From Podarcis bocagei (taxonomy: Eukaryota): a stretch of DNA of 64,000 nucleotides. Below are positions 53,004 to 59,000 of the stretch, in pieces (within the stretch, counting starts at the first letter, position 1; every line of letters begins with the position of its first letter). The notes beneath the pieces were generated by a model. That model saw only the letters and a program-made list of their open reading frames with translations. It was not told the DNA's origin and ran no database searches. A program made the position numbers and the translations under genes. The stretch lies in assembly GCA_964188305.1 (NCBI GenBank), contig OZ076887.1. One strand, written 5' to 3'.

Positions 53004-56000
53004 GCAAAAGCTGCTGGGCTGAAAGACTGCTTGCAAAAAGCCCTGCAAGTGAGCGGGGGCAGGGGCCTTTCCAAACACTGCTAGATGCAATCCCCGCTGC
53101 CACACACGCATACAGTGGTACCTCGGGTTACCTGAAGCGTATTTAACCTGAAGCTTATGTAACCCGAGGTACCACTGTACATGCCTGTCCTGTGAATTTT
53201 GTTCAAGTTTCACGTTTTGAAAATACATTCATGCCCACCCACACCCTCTTGAGGGGAGGTACTGTGAAGTTTCTGAACACTGCTCATTTTCTATATGGAG
53301 GAGTTAACTACTACAGTATTTCACATTTCACTTGCAACATTATATACCTCCTGACAGTGTTTCAGTTTAGGCCAGTGAACTATTGCACAGTGAATTATAT
53401 GCATGCTTACTCAGAAGCTGCACTGTGTGCACTGGGGCTTACTCCCTAGTAAATGTATTTAAGATTGCACTATCAAGCAGAAACAGTGCAGAAACAGTCC
53501 TGGATCCAAAGAACTGAAGAAAGTAATTCCAGATGTCCATGTTTGCTTGGAGTTTTTCAAACACTTGCCATAGAGTAAACCTCTTGAAAATTTGGGGAAT
53601 GTTCAAACATGGTATGTTATTCACCACAGGGTTCAAAGAAAAATGTTTTTAAAAATTCAATGGGTGAAGTCATTGGACACATATAAAATAGCTGTTTGGA
53701 TCTTGGCCAAATTTTATTCACCCTAAATCAGGCATAGGCAAACTCGGCCCTCCAGATGTTTTGGGACTACAACTCCCATCACCCCCGACCACTGGCCCTG
53801 TTAGCTAGGGATGATGGGAGTTGTAGTCCCAAAACATCTGGAGGGCCAAGTTTGCCTATGCCTGCCCTAAAGTCTCTGAAAGGTTTCAAAATCCTTCCTA
53901 CAGCATTTTCAAATTTCCAGAGAAAAGGACAGTGGTGGCACCATATGGGCTGTTTATTGACTCCATATAGTGCTGTATGGTGTGTGTGTGTGTGTGTGTG
54001 GGTGGGTGGGTGTAAATCATGTATTTGACAATGCATGAGTAACTGTATAAGTCTGCATAGCTATAATGGGAAATGGGGCAATAATCATTAAAGTCTTCAC
54101 AAACAAGAAAGAGCCTTTTTATAAAGATGGAAACTAACGGAGAGGGAAGTTATCTTTAAAAATGGTCACTAAAGACCAAGGAGTGGTCTTCATGAAAAGT
54201 AGCCTTTTCTTTTTGCAATTACTCCTGCAAGTAAATAACTGTATCAGTTAATTATGTTGAAAACAGTTCACTTTACCAGTTTTCTAAAAGTAAAGATCTA
54301 CAGCTAGAATATCCAAATAAGAAATGGGCTTCTCATTAAAATCATATTTACCTTCAGGTAAAAAGGGCACCTCAGCAGTATCTGAAAGGGTAGTCATTTC
54401 TTCTCCAATCAGTGGTGCACTTTCACCTCCTTCAAACATTCCAAAAACATTGACTTTGTAGGAAGTGCCTGCCCTGCGTGATTTAAAGGCATATATGAAG
54501 CAAATTAGACTGGGAGTGGATGGATCACTTTGACACCTTTAGAGATTTATTCACTCTGTTTTTAATCCTGCCATTTCTCAAAGGAGCTCAGGACAGAATA
54601 TATGGCTCTCTCCCCACTGATTTTAGCCTAAGAAGGATATGAGGTGGGCTAGGCTGGCCCAACAAGATCTTCAAAAAAGCTTTGTGGCCAAGTGTGGGTT
54701 GGAACCTGGGTCTTCTTGATCAGAGTTCATAAACACTAACCACTAAACTACAATGATTCTCCCTGTCATGGATTTTTACGGCAGGGTAAGTCTTTAGGAG
54801 CTGAAATCGAAAGCTTTCTTTTTCACAGGGAACTCGCAGGAACTCTTTTCCGGCACCTCTCAGGTGAGTGCCATTGCCATTCTAAGAGAACAAGGGAGGT
54901 GTTCATTGTGAGTTCCGGCACCTCTTTTTCTAGAAAAATGGCACTGAGCAAGAAACTATTACTGAAGCAAGAGATTGGTCCTTACAACTGAACATCTATA
55001 GCTGTATTGTCTGTATCTCCTAGCTTTGAGCCAAGCTTGACCATCAAGACAGCTAACAACTACTACAGACCCAGCAGAAGGGTTTTACAAGCTTTCTTGA
55101 GGGTCATATTTTAATTCATTTATTTGAATAGTATATTTACCATGCCTTTCTGCCTTTGGCATCTAATGAAATAGACTTTAAAAAATAAACATAGGGTGAT
55201 AGAATTGGTATTATATGCTGAAAGAGATGCAGTTGACTGAAAAATACCTATGGGGGGGGAAATACTGATAAGGAAGGAAATTATGAGTGGCAATACCTGA
55301 GCTCCTCCAATACAACCGTGTTGTCATATGGGCCAACTATTAATTCTCCAAGGCGCCTGCTTTCTCCAGTTGGATGGAAAGTTACTTTATAACCCGTCAC
55401 TTCACCGGGGGCTGGCTCCCAGGTTACACGGAAACTTGACATCGTAGAATCAGAAGTGTGCAGATTTCTGGGAGGTTTAAATGGGGAAGCTGCAACAATC
55501 AAACAACACCCAAGAAATTAAGTGTTTGCTATATTCAACCATAAAACCCTAATTTCAGTTTTTAAAAAGTGAATGCATTATAGCACCTGTATGCTTTGCC
55601 CTAACAGCCCAAGAAAATTGGTTCAAAGGAGTTGAGGGATCCTCCAGAACAGGGTAGAATGTGGCATAGGAGGAAGGAGATATGGTAAAAACAACAACCC
55701 TCCCTTCCTCTTCTATTACCAGATCCCTCTACTGGATCAAAAGCCCTTGCATATGCACAATATTACCAAATCCACCATAGGTTCCACCCTGTGCGCCCCC
55801 CCCCCCATTATGATTGTTAAATGAGCAAATCTATGAAGGTGGTGCTATCACTCATTATAGCTGCTATAAGTGATTTCTTAAAAAGTTGTATACATTTTAG
55901 GTTTTCATTGAAATGTCACAGACTGTAACTCTTACATTCTATGCTTCAGATGAAGGGGGCTCTAATCTGTAAACTCTTATGTTTTCTATTCACCTGTAAG

Positions 56001-59000
56001 GTGCTACAAAACTCTCAACCATTCTCATTTTTGAAGCAATTCAGATGACCTAATCCAGTGTTTCCCAACCTTTTTTGGGCAAAGGCACACTTGTTTGATG
56101 AAAAAAATCTCGAGGCACACCACCATTACAGCCCTGTGACGTTAGCGCGCAGCGTCACGCCGGGAGGGACGCACGAAAGTGTAAGTTTCAATTTTTCCCC
56201 CTCCCCCTTGCCGGGGAACCTCCAAACTTTGGGGGTGGGGGGAGAGGAGGCAGCAAAGCGAGGCAGGAAGGAGAGCGCGGCTTGGCTGGGTGAGCTTTGG
56301 CAGGGGCAGGGAATGAGAGCCGCGAGGCGGGCGCTGCGGATGGAGGCGCTGCCCGCCGAGCTCGCAGGCAGCCAGGCAGGCAGACGGCGAGAGCCCCGCG
56401 CTGGGCGGCCTCTCCTCGCCGCCACCGCCCCGCCTCTCGCCGCCCGACTCGCCCGCCTCCCTCCAGGCAACATCTCGCGGCACACCAGGCAACATCTCGC
56501 GGCACACTAGTGTGCCGCGGAACAGTGGTTGGGAAACACTGACCTAATCATTGCCATGCCAAGAGGAACAGGAGCAGAGAACTAGTCTCTAAAGCTCTAA
56601 ACCATTTAGAGCACCTTAAAGCTAATTAACACTCATCATTAATTTTGCACTGTATCTGGAAACTGGCAAGCAGTGCAGCCAATGCAGATTAAAGAACACT
56701 GGAATAATATACTACTGGTTTAACAAGCAATAGATTCCTTCCTGAGCCAATTTTTCCTAGTGGGTTGAATGCTATCTCATTTGCAGTTTGTTTGTTTGTT
56801 TGTTTGTTTGTTTGTTTGTTTGTTTGTTTGTTTGTTAGCTAAAAGGGCAGCAATCTAATCTCAAAGAGCAAAAGCCAAGGATTCTAGTAGGGGATGAAAC
56901 AGACACCTTCTTGCTTTTTAAACTCGCTAAACTCAGAATTTTAGGGGAGAAGATAATGTGAGCCCACTTCCTGGATCACTGATAGCAAGACATAATTATA
57001 ACATCCTTTCAAACCACTGTTACTGCAAAAGGCTGCTCTATTAATAGCTCCTATGATTATTCATAATCAGAGCCTCTGAAAGAGCATCAAACCTAGCACT
57101 CTAGTGGAAAGCCATTTAAAAATATTTATTCTACTTTGACTGAAGCAGCCTCAATAGAAGTTTAACATAAACACCGCTTAATTTCTAAGATCAGAGGTGT
57201 GAGGGTTCAAGACCCTGTGGAAGTTGCTCTATAAAATACTTTCTCCAGGTGTGTGTTAAGGGCTGGTTACCAGGAGAATCTGCTCAAGTTATCTGTCCTT
57301 TATTCATAATTTATACATATTCCATTGTGGAGCCCTGGAATTGAAAATGTTCCTAAAATTAAGTTTTACCAAATAATTCTGGCTCAGATTGAAAGCTTTG
57401 AGCACCACTAAAACTCCATACAAAACAGTTAGAAATCCAAGTAGGTAATTTCTAATTGCCACGCAGTCAAGCAGCTTCCCATACTGCTAAACAAGGCATG
57501 CAGGAAGAAGTACTTTAATAAGAGGTATAAAGCTGCTTGAAAATGTGTGCCAAAAGAATCCCATATAAATTCCCTGTTTGCTCTTTGTGCCACTTTGCTA
57601 ATCTCCCTTTCTGTCACTGGGCTTAACCAAGAATTAACACAGAGATCAGCAGAATCCTTGTGTAGTTTGCAGGAGACAAGCGGCTTATACCACATCTGAC
57701 GAGGTTGGCCCTCCCATGTCACCTTGGGAGCAGATAGGGAGCATGTGTAAAAATAGCTAGAATAATATTGTAAACACACACATAGATGACAAAATATGAC
57801 ATCTTAAACTAACATTTACAGTCTTTGGCAGCCTTGCTAAAGCTCTTACAGGGTGAGTCCTTTAAAAGAGGCTCGACGGATACAGAGTACACATGTTGCA
57901 AGGGACATTTTAAAAGACTCACCCTGTACATGTTTGCAGGAATGAATTTCCACACACATACCCCTCTCTACATCCATGTAGCGTAGAAATCAATGTACCT
58001 GTTGTTCCTTCGCCTTGTCTGTGTTTTCCTTCACCAGTTTTATACATTGGAATGACAGAGATGTCATAAGTAGTCAGTGGCTGGAGCCGTTTCAGGATGG
58101 TGGTGGTGGAGGAAGGCGGCACTTTTGCAACCATCTGTCTTCCTCCTCTACGGGGCCGGTAAACTACACGGTAGCTGACAACTTTCCCAGGTGCAGGCTG
58201 CCAGGTAACTCTCATGGTGGTCTCTTTCTCTTCATCCACTCTCACGGTCCTAGAGCTAGGAGACACTTTTCAGTGTAAAATAAAATGAAAGCAAACATAT
58301 TGGGGTGGGTTGTTTTTGTTTTTGGTGAAACTTAACTTGACATATAAACTGCAGCTACAACCCTCTGTAATATTGCAAGTATGCACACGTCCAGCTTCTC
58401 TCCCACAAAGTTTGGGATTCTGAACTTTTGGAAAACTGCAAACTTCCTTCCAGATTAGCACTGGTTTATACTGCCTCGGTAGCTCAGTCGGTAGAGCATG
58501 AGACTCTTAACCTTAGGGTTGTGGGTTCAAGCCCTACATTGGACAAAAGATTCCTGCATTGCAGGGGATTGGATTAAAATACCCTTGTTGTCCCTTCCAA
58601 CTCTACAATGCTATGATTCTATGCCATGCTTCTATACTATCTCCCCATGTGAAAGTTAGTAAATATCCCTTTAAGAGCAAAAATTTCTCAAATTTGGGAA
58701 ATGTGCTCTCAGTATTTAGAAAATCCAACTGCTCCTCCATATTTGCATTTGGCTCTGGAAAAACCAGGCCTTCTTGGCTTCTCACAACCACAGAATCTTC
58801 ACCCATATATAATTAAAATGCTGCAACAATGGCTCTCAGTGCTTTGAACAAACAGTTCCAGGTTCACACAGGGTATACTGTTTCCCTGCAACTTTGGAAT
58901 TTCTGCTTTTATGCCACACTAAACACTGTTTCCCATTTCCTGTTGGTTCATTCAGCACAATAAAAGAAGCCATAGCAGGTGGCTCTGTTGACTGCTGGGC

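Noticed and set aside
52612-53228. Poly-Cys, His-Thr and Val-Cys ORFs
   Set aside because: These are translations of microsatellites.
58471-58545. Apparent tRNA-Lys(CTT) gene (also 24491 and 31920; tRNA-Ile-like at 34935-35007)
   Set aside because: Acceptor and anticodon stems are mismatched and each is fused to a CR1-type tail, so these are SINE heads rather than functional tRNAs.
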